A stretch of DNA of 64,000 bases from an uncultured Spirochaetota bacterium (GCA_963783575.1 CAWAOD010000011.1:192001-256000); one strand, 5' to 3'; positions 11,343 to 22,662 are shown, numbered from the stretch's first letter. Made by a program: numbers and translations. Notes: generated by a model not told the origin, from the letters alone.

Positions 11343-11525
11343 TTAATCTTTACTTTCAAGAATGACTGTTGTCATTGTTGAAACTAAAGATACGGGTGCA
11401 GTTTTTTGCGGGAAACTTTTAAAGAACACTCATAAAATTAAGTTTATCATGGTTAAAACATAAATAATCAAGACAAATATAGTAATACAGAGGATTGATT
11501 TTGTCAAAATTAATAGAATTATATA

Positions 11526-11557
11526 GAAAAACCCTTCAATTGAATGAAGGGTTTTTC
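11526..11557. terminator. Intrinsic terminator of the TPR-like gene
   Basis: GAAAAACCCTTCA-ATTGAA-TGAAGGGTTTTTC hairpin just after the stop at 11566. Confidence 0.75.
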
Positions 11558-11565
11558 AACCGCCA

Positions 11566-12285
11566 TTATTTTGAAAGCTTTTTTTGAAGATCTTTTAATT
11601 CGCCAATTTCTTTATTTTCAGAAAAGATGTCGCTTTCATCGACAGGTATTGCAAGACCTTTTTCAATAATATCTTTTGCTTTTACCTTATCTTTATCCAT
11701 CAGGAATTCGGCATAAAATCTGAATGTGACACGCTGATTAGGGCCATATTCTATAGCTTTCAGATAATCCGCTTCGGCTTTTTTACTGTCGCCGACACTG
11801 ATTCCACCCGGGGCTTTATGATAAACCCTGCCTCGCAGCATATAGGCTGATCCGTTTTCATACACAGGGTCAATATTTATTGTTTTTGTCGCTTCTTTTA
11901 ATATATCGGGGGCGGTAAAAAGACTTTTAAAAATCCCGTTTGCTTCTGCCCAGGAACCGAGGCTTATTCCCAGATAATAATGTCCTTCAGGTTTATTATT
12001 TTCCATATTTGTTGCCGATTCCGCAGCTTTCTTGGCTTCTGTAAAAATTGTTTTTTTTATATCGGGATTACTCTGAAACTGGTCCGCGTAAAAATGTGCT
12101 GCTCTGGCAAATTTCCATGCAGTTTCATAACTTGATCCGGATTGAAATTGAGCTTTGTAATAATCATAAGCTGCTTTAGCCCCATCCGCCGTGTTCCTGT
12201 TGCTCCAGTAACTGTCATCAATGGCAAAAGCAAAACCCGCCAGAACAAATATGAAAAGCATTATCAAAAGACCGCTCCTTAACAT
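11566..12285 (-). CDS. Secreted TPR-like protein
   Basis: Signal peptide (GFAFA), RBS AGGAGG, helical repeats PEGHYYLG and AYMLRGRVYHKAPG. Confidence 0.65.
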   Translation of the reverse strand: MLRSGLLIMLFIFVLAGFAFAIDDSYWSNRNTADGAKAAYDYYKAQFQSGSSYETAWKFARAAHFYADQFQSNPDIKKTIFTEAKKAAESATNMENNKPEGHYYLGISLGSWAEANGIFKSLFTAPDILKEATKTINIDPVYENGSAYMLRGRVYHKAPGGISVGDSKKAEADYLKAIEYGPNQRVTFRFYAEFLMDKDKVKAKDIIEKGLAIPVDESDIFSENKEIGELKDLQKKLSK

Positions 12286-12319
12286 AAAAAATCCTCCTTT
12301 TATAATCCATTCTATATTT

Positions 12320-14077
12320 CTATAATTCTCTTGCTATACAAATAACGAATTCAACTTCATCATTATCATCCAGTTTAGGGATTCTCATTATGGAAAATGT
12401 TTTTTTTTCTTTTTTGAAATTCTTCATGGTTTCTTTAGAGATTGTAATGGTTTTCATTTCAAATGCCTTTTTATTGGCCGATGAAAATAAATTTGCTTCA
12501 CGCTTTGAGAATATATCATAAAAATTCTTGGATTCCATTTCATATCTGTTTTTACCTAGGAAATCCAGATATGTTTGATTTAAAATGCCGAAAGTTTCGG
12601 GAGAGGTTAAAGTCCAAGAATAAACGCATAATTTATCAAGGATTAGCATTAAGTCTATATTTCTCTTTAAGAAGTAATCTTCGGCTTTTTTATGCTCGGT
12701 TATATCGATTATAACGTCGACAATACCTGCCAGACTATTGTCCATATTAACAAAAGTAGCCTTATTAAAGACAACCTTTCTAATCGATTGATCCTGATGT
12801 TCCGTTGTGGTTTCATAAATTTGAACACCCGGATGTTCCAGGAGTACCTGGTCCATTTTTTTTTCTTCTTCGGCTCTCTTCAAATTAAACACATTGAAAA
12901 TATCTTTCCCGATAATTTTGTCATTAGAAATATTGAAAAATGACTCAAAAGCCTTATTGCATCCTAAAAAGATTCCATTCTTATCTTTATAAAATACCGG
13001 GTTCGGAATGACATCTATTAATTGCTGAAATAGATAGAGCTGCTGCTGTATTTTTTCTTCGGCTTCTTTGTGCTCAAAATATGTTTTTATCAGATCGGTT
13101 ATTGAATTGAGCAGATTCTTTTCTTCCTGTATAAATGGTCCTTCATAGGCAACCGGTTTATCATCAAGATAATATACTTCAAGACGTCCCTCTGTATAAT
13201 TTTTAGTTTTGAATTTAGCCTCAAGAACATGAGGGCTTTTAGAAAAGCTGATATTTTTATATTCTTTTTTATTTATTATAAGCCTCGCAGTAGTAATATT
13301 CGGATATTGAAATCCGTAAGGTATAAAAGATACCAATTCATCCATCAATTCATCAACAGGACGGCTGTAATTCTGCAGTAAGCCGGTAATATTATTAATT
13401 AATGAAAGCTCTTTTACGCGGACTCGTAAAGCGTCAAATACTTTCTGCTTGGCTTCTTTCATCTGGTCATGCTCAAGGTGAGACCGGAGCATTTCACTTC
13501 TCATTATTTGAGCGCTGTAGCTGACCGATGTGAGTTCTTTAATCTTTTCATTGAGTTTCAGGAGGGTTTTCTCCATTGATTGTTCCTGTTTTTCCCTTAT
13601 TGCTATTTCCATTTCCAGCTTCTGATTGGTTTTTTCCAATTCCATGGTTCTTTCTTTGACCTTTTTTTCAAGTTCAATATTGGTTTTAATAATGTTCTGG
13701 CTTATTTTATGTTTATGATGGGCAACTTCAATAACATTGCGCAAATCGGTGTTTTCGAAGGGTTTAATCAGATAACCGAAAGGTTCTGCTTTGACGGCAT
13801 TCTTTAATGTTTTACTATCGCTATATGCTGTCATAAAAATGACGGGGATATTATAGAATTTAAATACTTTCTCCGCAGTATCTATCCCGCTTTGACTTCC
13901 CTGAAGCATAATATCCATCAAAACCAGGTCTGGCTTTTTCTTCTCGACCGAAATGATGGCGCTTTCTCCTGATCTTACACATTCAGTAACGTCATAACCT
14001 AAATTTTTCAAGTTATTTTCAATATCTTTAGCAACTATCGATTCATCCTCAACGACCAAAACACTGATTTTTTTCAT
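12320..14077 (-). CDS. Response regulator receiver + coiled coil + PAS/PAS protein with no output domain
   Basis: VLVVEDE, DLVLMDI, MTAYSD and YLIKPF receiver motifs; LEKKVKERT; PAS IPNPVFYKD..G.FLGCNKAF. Confidence 0.85.
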   Translation of the reverse strand: MKKISVLVVEDESIVAKDIENNLKNLGYDVTECVRSGESAIISVEKKKPDLVLMDIMLQGSQSGIDTAEKVFKFYNIPVIFMTAYSDSKTLKNAVKAEPFGYLIKPFENTDLRNVIEVAHHKHKISQNIIKTNIELEKKVKERTMELEKTNQKLEMEIAIREKQEQSMEKTLLKLNEKIKELTSVSYSAQIMRSEMLRSHLEHDQMKEAKQKVFDALRVRVKELSLINNITGLLQNYSRPVDELMDELVSFIPYGFQYPNITTARLIINKKEYKNISFSKSPHVLEAKFKTKNYTEGRLEVYYLDDKPVAYEGPFIQEEKNLLNSITDLIKTYFEHKEAEEKIQQQLYLFQQLIDVIPNPVFYKDKNGIFLGCNKAFESFFNISNDKIIGKDIFNVFNLKRAEEEKKMDQVLLEHPGVQIYETTTEHQDQSIRKVVFNKATFVNMDNSLAGIVDVIIDITEHKKAEDYFLKRNIDLMLILDKLCVYSWTLTSPETFGILNQTYLDFLGKNRYEMESKNFYDIFSKREANLFSSANKKAFEMKTITISKETMKNFKKEKKTFSIMRIPKLDDNDEVEFVICIAREL

Positions 14078-14334
14078 TATAAAGACACCTCAAAATTAAA
14101 CGCGCATATTATTCATTATGATGTGTAGAAGAATCGGAAGATTATTTAAATTATAGTTTATGGCTGAGAAAAGTCAATACTTTTTTAAATAAAATAAATT
14201 TATCCATACTATAATGAATCAAAAGCTAAAATTAATTGGGGTTAATCTATTTAATAAAGCAGGGTTTCTTTATTTTTCTGATAAAAAATGCTATAATAAT
14301 TATACTATATTTAAGCTTAATCGGAGGGGACATT

Positions 14335-16305
14335 ATGAGCAAGGGGAGAGAATATTCGGCAGAATCGATTGTGGCTCTAAATTATCCGGACGGTATAAGA
14401 AAAAGACCGGATATGTATATCGGCGACAGAGGGATGGACGGATACCATCATCTCGCTTATGAAATTATTGATAACTCTGTGGATGAACACCTTGCCGGTT
14501 ACGCCAGGAATATCAGGGTTTCTTTACTTGATAATTCAGTTATCGAGATCGAGGATGACGGCAGGGGGATACCTGTGGATATGCATCCTACCGAGAAAAT
14601 ACCGGCTATAGAAGTTGTTTTGTCAAAGCTGCATGCCGGTGGTAAATTTGACAGGAATTCTTATAAGGTTTCCGGAGGGCTTCATGGAGTCGGCCTTTCG
14701 GTAGTGAACGCATTATCGGATTTTCTTGAAGTTGAAGTGTTTACAGGCAGTAAACAATATTATATCCGTTATGAAAAGGGGGTAAAATCCTCAAATCTAA
14801 AAATAATGGGTTCATCAGATAAAATCGGGACTTTAGTCCGTTTTAAACCGGACCTTTCAATATTTCAGGTAGATAAATTCAGTACCAGCGCAATTTCTTC
14901 CAGATTGCGCGAAATAGCATTCCTCAATCCCGGCCTTACCGTTATTTTTGAAGACAGAATGACCGAGGATCCGGATAATCCCGAAACTTTTGTCAAAAGG
15001 GTATATAAATACGATAACGGTATTGTCGAATTCATCAAAAATGAGTTAAACAAAGAGTTTGAGGTTATTTTTGATGATCCAATCAAAATAGAAGGCTCAC
15101 TGGATGATATCGATGTCGAGATTGTTTTTCAATACAGGAATACCGGAGATGAGCCGGAAATTTACAGCTATGTTAACAGTATTCATACAAAAAATCATGG
15201 AATTCATGTGGATGGTTTCTGGCTGGCTTATGAAAAAGTAATGCAGAAGTTCGCCGTCCGTTTAAACCTTGATAAAAAAGTAGAAAAAGTGGACAAAAAA
15301 ACTCTTTCATTTGGTCTTACCTGTGTAATAAATACCAAAATACCTAATGCCGAATTTAAAGGGCAAACAAAAGACAAACTTACCGAGCCGGTGGAAGCGC
15401 GGACAACAATCCGGAATATTGTGGAAAAAGCGCTATCCATCTATTTTGAAAAAAACATCTCCCTGTCCGAAGAGATTATCAAAAAAGCAATTATGGAACT
15501 TAAAGCCCTACAGGAAGCCGAAAAAACAAGAGAAGGCATTAGAACCGGGCTTGGCAGGGGAAAGAGAGGCAGCGCCGCGATCATTGCCGGGAAACTTGCA
15601 GATTGCTCTACAAAGAAAAAAGAACTCCGCGAGCTTTTTATAGTTGAGGGTGATTCGGCCGGCGGTTCCGCCAAACAGGGCAGGGACAGGGAGTTCCAGG
15701 CAATTCTACCGCTTCGCGGTAAAATCCTCAATGTTGAAAAAAAGATGGAAAAGAATTCCCTGAATACAGTTCTGGCCAATGAAGAAATTAAAACAATGAT
15801 TGCAGTTCTTGGAACCGGATATTATACAAATTTTGAATTGGATAAACTGAATTACCATAAAATTATAATTATGACCGATGCTGATGTTGACGGCGCTCAT
15901 ATAAAGACTCTTCTGCTCACATTTTTTTACAGGTTTATGAGACAACTTATTGAAAATGGGAATGTATATATCGCGCAGCCCCCTCTTTACAGGATTGCCG
16001 GTGGTAAAACAGTTGAATACGCTTTTTCCGATTCTGAAAGAGACAAAGTTATAAAAACAAAATTTAAAAGTGGGAAATGCGAGGTTCAGCGTTATAAAGG
16101 CCTTGGGGAAATGAATCCGGAACAGCTATGGGAAACCACAATGAACCCGATGTCCAGAAAAATGCTTAAGATTTCAATTACGGATTTTGATGAAGCGGAA
16201 AATATGATTAAGGTTTTAATGGGTGAGGATAATAATACGGGTGACAGGAAACGCTTTATCCTATCGAATGTGAATTTTGTCACAAACGTGGATGATATAG
16301 GCTAG
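14335..16305 (+). CDS. Type IIA topoisomerase subunit B (GyrB or ParE)
   Basis: IRKRPDMYIG, EIIDNSVDE, DDGRGIP, SGGLHGVG, VEGDSAGG, PLRGK, IMTDADVDG, RYKGLGEM; RBS GGAGGGG before ATG 14335; no A subunit adjacent. Confidence 0.93.
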   Translation: MSKGREYSAESIVALNYPDGIRKRPDMYIGDRGMDGYHHLAYEIIDNSVDEHLAGYARNIRVSLLDNSVIEIEDDGRGIPVDMHPTEKIPAIEVVLSKLHAGGKFDRNSYKVSGGLHGVGLSVVNALSDFLEVEVFTGSKQYYIRYEKGVKSSNLKIMGSSDKIGTLVRFKPDLSIFQVDKFSTSAISSRLREIAFLNPGLTVIFEDRMTEDPDNPETFVKRVYKYDNGIVEFIKNELNKEFEVIFDDPIKIEGSLDDIDVEIVFQYRNTGDEPEIYSYVNSIHTKNHGIHVDGFWLAYEKVMQKFAVRLNLDKKVEKVDKKTLSFGLTCVINTKIPNAEFKGQTKDKLTEPVEARTTIRNIVEKALSIYFEKNISLSEEIIKKAIMELKALQEAEKTREGIRTGLGRGKRGSAAIIAGKLADCSTKKKELRELFIVEGDSAGGSAKQGRDREFQAILPLRGKILNVEKKMEKNSLNTVLANEEIKTMIAVLGTGYYTNFELDKLNYHKIIIMTDADVDGAHIKTLLLTFFYRFMRQLIENGNVYIAQPPLYRIAGGKTVEYAFSDSERDKVIKTKFKSGKCEVQRYKGLGEMNPEQLWETTMNPMSRKMLKISITDFDEAENMIKVLMGEDNNTGDRKRFILSNVNFVTNVDDIG

Positions 16306-16463
16306 CTGTCAGCCGCTAATCACTGGTTGCTAGCTGAAAATTTCTGATTTCTTTCCTGTGTATTAGGTTCAGTTAATTTCGAATAAATCAGGATTTGATT
16401 TTTTTTCTTCTTTCTGATATAATTTTTTCCTTAAATACTCAAAGACACTTTTGGAGGAATTCG

Positions 16464-16655
16464 ATGTCCAGAAAATGTGATATTTGTGGAAAGGGTCCTA
16501 TGTATGGAAATAATGTATCCCATTCCAATAGAAAGACCAGAACCAGATGGGAACCGAATTTGAAGAAAATCAAAGCAAAAGTGAATGGGGAAGTTAAAAG
16601 TATTAAGATATGTATGGGCTGTCTCCATTCCGGTAAGGCTGAAATAACATTTTAA
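16464..16655 (+). CDS. rpmB: 50S ribosomal protein L28 (Zn-binding form)
   Basis: [33 protein letters not shown]; two CxxC pairs; RBS GGAGG. Confidence 0.97.
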   Translation: MSRKCDICGKGPMYGNNVSHSNRKTRTRWEPNLKKIKAKVNGEVKSIKICMGCLHSGKAEITF

Positions 16656-16661
16656 AATATC

Positions 16662-16699
16662 AGGCTCTTGGGGATGTATTACCTGAGAGCCTTTTTTTT
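16662..16699 (+). terminator. Rho-independent terminator
   Basis: AGGCTCTTGG...CCTGAGAGCCT followed by a T run. Confidence 0.8.
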
Positions 16700-16890
16700 A
16701 TTAATATAAGCCTTCTGATCAAAAATTTACCTCAATTCCCCAAATGGACTTGGTGATTGAGCTTTCTTCAGGTTAATACGGAGTCTGTCCGCCGATTCAA
16801 CCTAAAGCAGTTTTAATTTTGTAATGATAACGGATTATCAATACCGGTTTATACCGGATCTATAATATATTGATGGGTTTTGCAATTCAT

Positions 16891-17565
16891 ATGAAAAAAC
16901 TATTATTTCTATCGAATATATTAGTATTAATAGCCGCATTTATATTATCTGGAATTAATTCTATACAATCCCAAGATTATACAGTCCACAAGAATATTAC
17001 AGTTACAATATTCTGGATTGGGGAAAATCTAAACGAAAATAACAGGTATACAAGGAATGATGTAAGCGCATGGGATAATAAATGGATTGAGCATTACGGA
17101 GGTATAGATTATCCGGATAAGAGGAATGGATTCTATCCGGCTGGATTTAAACCCCTGGAAAATCCTTTTTATTTTGCACTTCCATATAGTGATTTTGACC
17201 TGTCCGGAAAACGTAAAAACAAAGTTTATAGTAAAATTCCATGGATAAAAGAGAAAAATTGGAATAACACAGAATCTATGTGTAAAAATCGGTGGATAAA
17301 AATAACCAGAGGATCGAATATAGCTTATGCGCAATGGGAAGATGTAGGTCCTTTCAAAATGAATGATGCCGGTTATGTTTTCGGTATGGCAAAACCGGTT
17401 AATAAACTTAATAATTCTGCAGGTCTGGATGTTTCCCCGGCTGTCAGGGATTATCTGGGATTGAACGGGATGGATCGTATCGATTGGCAGTTTATTGATA
17501 ATAATAAAGTACCATCCGGTCCCTGGAAACAAATTATATCAACAAATCAAATCTTTTGGGAATAA
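16891..17565 (+). CDS. Secreted protein, possible double-psi beta-barrel (RlpA/expansin-like) fold
   Basis: Signal peptide; MCKNRWIKI...AYAQWEDVGP...GLDVSPAV resembles the DPBB pattern. Confidence 0.5.
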   Translation: MKKLLFLSNILVLIAAFILSGINSIQSQDYTVHKNITVTIFWIGENLNENNRYTRNDVSAWDNKWIEHYGGIDYPDKRNGFYPAGFKPLENPFYFALPYSDFDLSGKRKNKVYSKIPWIKEKNWNNTESMCKNRWIKITRGSNIAYAQWEDVGPFKMNDAGYVFGMAKPVNKLNNSAGLDVSPAVRDYLGLNGMDRIDWQFIDNNKVPSGPWKQIISTNQIFWE

Positions 17566-17770
17566 TTAATAAGTAAGTCGCTTACCCTGGCAACGCTTAT
17601 TAATCAAATCAGGTTGTCTAAAAACCAAATGGTGAATATAGTTTTAAAATAATTGACAAAATATTGCCGTATTAATAAACTTAAAAGGTAATATATAAAG
17701 AGAATTAATCATCATAAGACGCTTTTTATTCTGAATATTATGTGTTAAAATGGTTTTAAAGGAGGTTTTT

Positions 17771-18832
17771 ATGTTAAGAATAATATTTGTGGGATTTATA
17801 ATATTTTTTCTGGCGCTTGTAATTACAAGCTGCAATATATATAGCGGTCTGGCTCCTTCCGATATTAATTCAGTAAGTGACAATACTACTCTCATTGCCA
17901 TGGCCCAACAGTTTATGAGGGCTGGGAATTATCAAAAAGCATATGATGCATATAATAAAGTAGTTCAAAATGACCCAAAAAATTCCGTGGCGATTGAAGG
18001 ACTCTGTACGGCGTATTTCTACAAAGAGATAAATGCAGCGGATTTTATTTCTAATATTGGGGCAAATGGCAAAGCCGGTTTGGCACCAATGGCTAACGAC
18101 CTTTACAGGATTTCAGGGTTTATCAAAAATAACCTCAGGACGATAATAGATCAAAATGCCGATGGTGTTGTGGATTATAAGAATATAAATGTTAATCTTA
18201 ATTTTTATATCTTTAACACCATATATGCCGTTTTCAGAATTTCCGATTTTGACCAAAATGGTATTATAATAAATGATCCGAAAGATATTTTGACTTTTGA
18301 CAATAACATGAACACTATTAATAACCTTGGGAACGGTAATTTTACAAATAATATTATCCAGGCTTTAAAAACATATAATATATTGATTAACAATATGCGA
18401 AACTTCGATAATGATTTTGCCTTAACATTAAGAAGCGATGGCTATATCGAATCTCAGCTCAGCAGTACCAATGTCAGGCAGTATTTTCACACTATAACAT
18501 CTAATATATTAAGTATTAAAGAAAGCCTGGATGATACGCTGTCAAATATTACTAAAAGTACGGATTACACTCTTTCATACGGTTCTTTCCTGTCAAATAT
18601 GGGTGTAACGAACGTTAGCCCTAGTAATGTGGATGCTACTATCTCAAATTATCTTGCATTAAAATATACTCCGGATCATCCGGGTTATTCGAATTTTCTC
18701 AGCGATACCACTGTTAATACCGGCGGCACAAATGTTAGCGATTTTGTGAGTCTAATGACAAACACCTTCCCGGATTTGAGTACAAATGTTGGCGGCATAT
18801 ATCTGAGTGTGACAAATTATTTTGGTATATGA
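17771..18832 (+). CDS. Lipoprotein with N-terminal TPR
   Basis: RBS GGAGG; lipobox ITSC; GNYQKAYDAYNKVVQNDPKN. Confidence 0.7.
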   Translation: MLRIIFVGFIIFFLALVITSCNIYSGLAPSDINSVSDNTTLIAMAQQFMRAGNYQKAYDAYNKVVQNDPKNSVAIEGLCTAYFYKEINAADFISNIGANGKAGLAPMANDLYRISGFIKNNLRTIIDQNADGVVDYKNINVNLNFYIFNTIYAVFRISDFDQNGIIINDPKDILTFDNNMNTINNLGNGNFTNNIIQALKTYNILINNMRNFDNDFALTLRSDGYIESQLSSTNVRQYFHTITSNILSIKESLDDTLSNITKSTDYTLSYGSFLSNMGVTNVSPSNVDATISNYLALKYTPDHPGYSNFLSDTTVNTGGTNVSDFVSLMTNTFPDLSTNVGGIYLSVTNYFGI

Positions 18833-18876
18833 CTAATTAATGATTACAAGATTGAATGCATTAAATAGGAGGTTTT

Positions 18877-20048
18877 ATGATTAAGAAGATATTTTTAATA
18901 AATCTGGTTTTATTATTTTTTGCAGGATTTGTTTTCGGAACCGATGAAAAGAAACTGGATTATCCTGTAGATATAATGGGCGAAGGCGGAGCAGGCGTGG
19001 CAAGCTATGGAAAGCTCAGTATGGTTTATATGAATCCGGCTTCAGTCGCCGCGTCTCCGGATTTTTCGAAGATTCCTATACTTCAAATCGGTGCAAGCGT
19101 TAATCCGGGCTCTTTCAGCTTTATCAGCAATTGAATAATACTAAAAACGGCGGTGATATACCATGGAACTCTCTCCTAAATCTGCAAGCTAATGCCGGGA
19201 TTCAAGGCCCGTTTCAAACAGGTTTTGTGAAAAATATTGACGGCAATGGAATAACAATCCTCCTATATAATAATTTTGATCTTAATGCAGATGTTGTGCC
19301 GTTTGTCGGCTTGCCTTATATTGATTTTGGGGCGTATGAAGATTTAGGTATTATAGCCGGTTATTCTAAAGATCTGACGGCTTTTATTCCTCAGGATGTC
19401 CTGACAGCGATATATTTATCGCAATTATCCGTGGGGGCTAATTTTAAGTTTGTCAGGCGTTACAAATTGGAAAACCATACAATGGATGTTTTGACTGCGG
19501 CTAATTTAGGAGATGAATTAAATAACAGTAATCAAGGGATATTGGCGGGAAACTCAATTGGTATGGACCTGGGAATTCTGGCAAAAAGCTACCAGCTTGG
19601 CATCGGCGATCTAGGCGTGGGAATTGTACTGAGAGATTTATTTCTGCCATTCAGCTGGGAAGAGGAAAGTGTGAATCCTTTTCTGCAGAAAATGACAAAT
19701 ACGGTTACCAATGTATCGTCATTTGCCCCAGCTTTTGATATTGGCTTCAGCTATAAATTTCCCGACTTAAGCTTTATTTTATCAGATAATTTCTTTTACC
19801 TGGATTTTGCAAACCTGACAGCTAATATGAATTTCTTGAATAAGATCAAATACGGCATTGAGGTTCGTCTGTTTAAGGTAATTCCAATCCGCCTGGGAAT
19901 AAACGCAGGGTGGCCTTCTATCGGGCTTGGCCTTGAAATTCCGATTTTGAAAATCAACCTTGCCTATTATACGGATGAACTTGGAATATATCCGGGGAAT
20001 AATCCCGAACAAAAGATTGTGGCTGATATTGATCTGATGATTTTTTAA
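18877..20048 (+). CDS. Putative outer-membrane beta-barrel (TraF/PorV-like); frameshift at ~19130
   Basis: Signal peptide; MGEGGAGVA...MNPA; amphipathic strands GMDLG, FDIGFSY and LRLG..G; terminal Phe; split over two ORFs. Confidence 0.6.
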
Positions 20049-20070
20049 CAAGAGTGATCCTTTGGTTTCT

Positions 20071-20091
20071 TTCGACAAGCTCAGGACAGGC
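20071..20091. repeat. REP-like repeat, unoccupied copy (rc GCCTGTCCTGAGCTTGTCGAA)
   Basis: Matches the reconstructed IS target at 55589-55604 + 57299-57306 and the flank at 63306-63321. Confidence 0.75.
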
Positions 20092-20139
20092 TTCTTGACC
20101 AGGTTTAATCCCTCGCAGTCTTGCTACTGGATAGTTTAT

Positions 20140-20165
20140 CCCCCGCTTTATGCGGGGGTTTTTTT
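20140..20165 (+). terminator. Rho-independent terminator
   Basis: CCCCCGC-TTTAT-GCGGGGG followed by T7. Confidence 0.8.
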
Positions 20166-20305
20166 AGCAAAATAATATAATAGTACTAAAGAAAGGGCAA
20201 TACTGAATAAATATTTCCGGTCTTTTTTTTGTATAGAATGAAAGAATAGCCTATAATATAAGATGTTGTTTTTAGACAGAGCAAAAAAAATATTGGAGTA
20301 AGTAA

Positions 20306-21796
20306 ATGAATAATTCTAAGAAGTTCTTTATTTTGATCATATTTTTGACAGGCTTCCTTTTTGGACTCGGCTTATTAACCGTAAGTAAATTCTTTTTTAC
20401 CGGGGCGCCTCTTTACGCCGATACAAACTCAACAAACGCTGAAAACGTTGCAAATCCTGATGATGATAACTATTTTAAATTCTTTCCGATGTTCAAGGAA
20501 GCTTTTAATATCCTCAAAAGGGAATACTACGATAAAAATATGGTGGTTTCAAAAAAGCTGATCTATGGCGCTGTGAAGGGTATGATGGAAAGCGTTGATG
20601 ATCCTTATACTACTTTTATGGATCCCACTGTTTCAAAAGAGTTCAGTATCGATATGACGGCTTCATTCGGCGGTTTGGGAATACAAATAGATATCAGGGA
20701 CAATTGGCTTACTATAATTTCTCCGATTGAGGATACGCCGGCATGGAAAGCCGGTCTTAAATCGGGTGATAAAATTGTTGAAATAGAAGGAAAATCCACT
20801 AAAGGTATATCGGTAAAAGAAGCGGTGGATAAAATGAGAGGTAAGCCAGGAACATCGATTACAATTACAATTGTAAGAGAAGGTATAAAAGATCCCTTCC
20901 AGGTTACAATGAAAAGGGAAGAAATTAAACTCAAAAGAGTAAAGTCTGATATTATCGAAAGCCATAATAAAAAAATCGGATATATTAAGGTTGATGAATT
21001 CAGTATTACAACAGCCGAAGAACTCAAGGATCAATTGACCGGAACACTGAATAAAAAACCGGATGGGCTTATTATAGATTTGAGGAATAACCCCGGCGGA
21101 TATCTTAACATAGTAGTGAGCTGTGTAAATTACTTTCAGAAAGAAGGATTAATTGTTTATACAAGGGGAAGATTAGCGGAAAATAATACCGATTTCAGAG
21201 CATCGGCGGGAAATGGATTTGTGCCGGTGGACCTGCCGGTAGTAGTTATGATCAACCAGGGGAGTGCAAGCGCCAGCGAAATATTTGCCGGCGCTATGCA
21301 GGATACCGGCAGAGCTGTACTCATAGGTATGAAGAGTTATGGAAAAGGTTCTGTACAAAAAACATTTACTTTTCCGGATGACGGTTCTTTAATTAAATAT
21401 ACGGTAGCGAAATATTTTACCCCATCCGGGCGAAGTATTGATAAAGTCGGATTAACCCCGAATGTAGAAGAAAAAATGTGGTATGAAACACTGGCCGATG
21501 ATGAGAAGAATTCATTGATAAAAATACAGAATACCAATTTTATAAAGGAGTTTCTTGCAGAAAATACAAATTATGATTCGCAAAAACTCAGTAATTTCCA
21601 GAAATCTCTTGAAGAAAAAAATTATAAAATCGGAACAAAGTCCTTAAAATGGCTAATAAAAATGAAGACAACCGAAAATTCCCTGCCTGAAATTTATGAT
21701 GCCGAATTTGATAACCAGCTTGATAAAGCTCTTGAGGTACTTGAGCATTATAAAGATTATAAAAAGCCTTTAACGAATTTTAATGAAGCAAAATAA
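20306..21796 (+). CDS. ctpA: S41 carboxyl-terminal processing protease
   Basis: PDZ FGGLGI; DLRNNPGG; SASASEI; KSYGKGSVQ; YFTPSGRSI. Confidence 0.93.
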   Translation: MNNSKKFFILIIFLTGFLFGLGLLTVSKFFFTGAPLYADTNSTNAENVANPDDDNYFKFFPMFKEAFNILKREYYDKNMVVSKKLIYGAVKGMMESVDDPYTTFMDPTVSKEFSIDMTASFGGLGIQIDIRDNWLTIISPIEDTPAWKAGLKSGDKIVEIEGKSTKGISVKEAVDKMRGKPGTSITITIVREGIKDPFQVTMKREEIKLKRVKSDIIESHNKKIGYIKVDEFSITTAEELKDQLTGTLNKKPDGLIIDLRNNPGGYLNIVVSCVNYFQKEGLIVYTRGRLAENNTDFRASAGNGFVPVDLPVVVMINQGSASASEIFAGAMQDTGRAVLIGMKSYGKGSVQKTFTFPDDGSLIKYTVAKYFTPSGRSIDKVGLTPNVEEKMWYETLADDEKNSLIKIQNTNFIKEFLAENTNYDSQKLSNFQKSLEEKNYKIGTKSLKWLIKMKTTENSLPEIYDAEFDNQLDKALEVLEHYKDYKKPLTNFNEAK

Positions 21797-21822
21797 TAAT
21801 TAATAAGGGTAGGTACGGAAAT

Positions 21823-22662
21823 ATGGCTTGGTTTGTAAAACCTAAATATAATGTAAAAAGTAACAGCGGGATTAAATTGAATGAAGGATTATGGCGGAAA
21901 TGCCATAAATGCAATACAATCATCTACAACAAGGATTGGGAGGAAAATTTACATGTCTGCATTCATTGCGGGTATCACGACCGCTTAAGCGCTCCAGAGA
22001 GGATACAAACATTGATTGATGCCGGAACCTTTGTTGAAACTGAAATGGAAATTACTTCATCGGATCCATTAAACTTTCATGACGGTAAAGTTACATACGT
22101 GGAAAAAATAAGAAAAGAAATGGAAAAAACAAAACTTAACGAAGCCGTAATTACAGGATACGGTGAATTAAGCGGAAAGACGGTAGATATAGCAGTAATG
22201 GAGTTTGCTTTTCAAGGCGGCGGCATGGGTTCGGTTGTCGGTGAAAAAATAACAAGGACGATTGAATCCGCCGACCGTAATAAAAGACCGCTTATTATCG
22301 TATCTGCATCAGGCGGGGCAAGAATGCATGAAGGCATCCTTTCGCTTATGCAGATGGCAAAAACTTCCGTGGCGTTGAAGAGATTCAGCCAGAATGGCGG
22401 ACTTTATATATCGGTGATTACCGATCCGACTTCAGGCGGGGTTACGGCTTCCTTTGCAATGCTGGGCGATTTTATCCTGGCGGAAAAGGAGGCTTTTATC
22501 GGTTTTGCCGGGCCTATTGTAATCGAGCAGGCAATAAGGCAGAAATTACCCCCTGAATTTCAGCATTCCGAATTTGTTGCCGAACATGGATTTATTGATA
22601 TAGTGCTTGAAAGAAAAGACCTGAAGAATACCATTTCCAGGCTGATTGATTATACTCAATAA
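21823..22662 (+). CDS. accD: Acetyl-CoA carboxylase carboxyltransferase beta subunit
   Basis: LWRKC..C...C..C zinc finger; MGSVVGEKI; SGGARMHEG; GGVTASFA; IGFAGP. Confidence 0.95.
   Translation: MAWFVKPKYNVKSNSGIKLNEGLWRKCHKCNTIIYNKDWEENLHVCIHCGYHDRLSAPERIQTLIDAGTFVETEMEITSSDPLNFHDGKVTYVEKIRKEMEKTKLNEAVITGYGELSGKTVDIAVMEFAFQGGGMGSVVGEKITRTIESADRNKRPLIIVSASGGARMHEGILSLMQMAKTSVALKRFSQNGGLYISVITDPTSGGVTASFAMLGDFILAEKEAFIGFAGPIVIEQAIRQKLPPEFQHSEFVAEHGFIDIVLERKDLKNTISRLIDYTQ

Noticed and set aside
14236..14334. Upstream start extensions in the ORF track (also 16395, 25367, 42929)
   Set aside because: Downstream ATGs have clear RBSs and match the family N-termini
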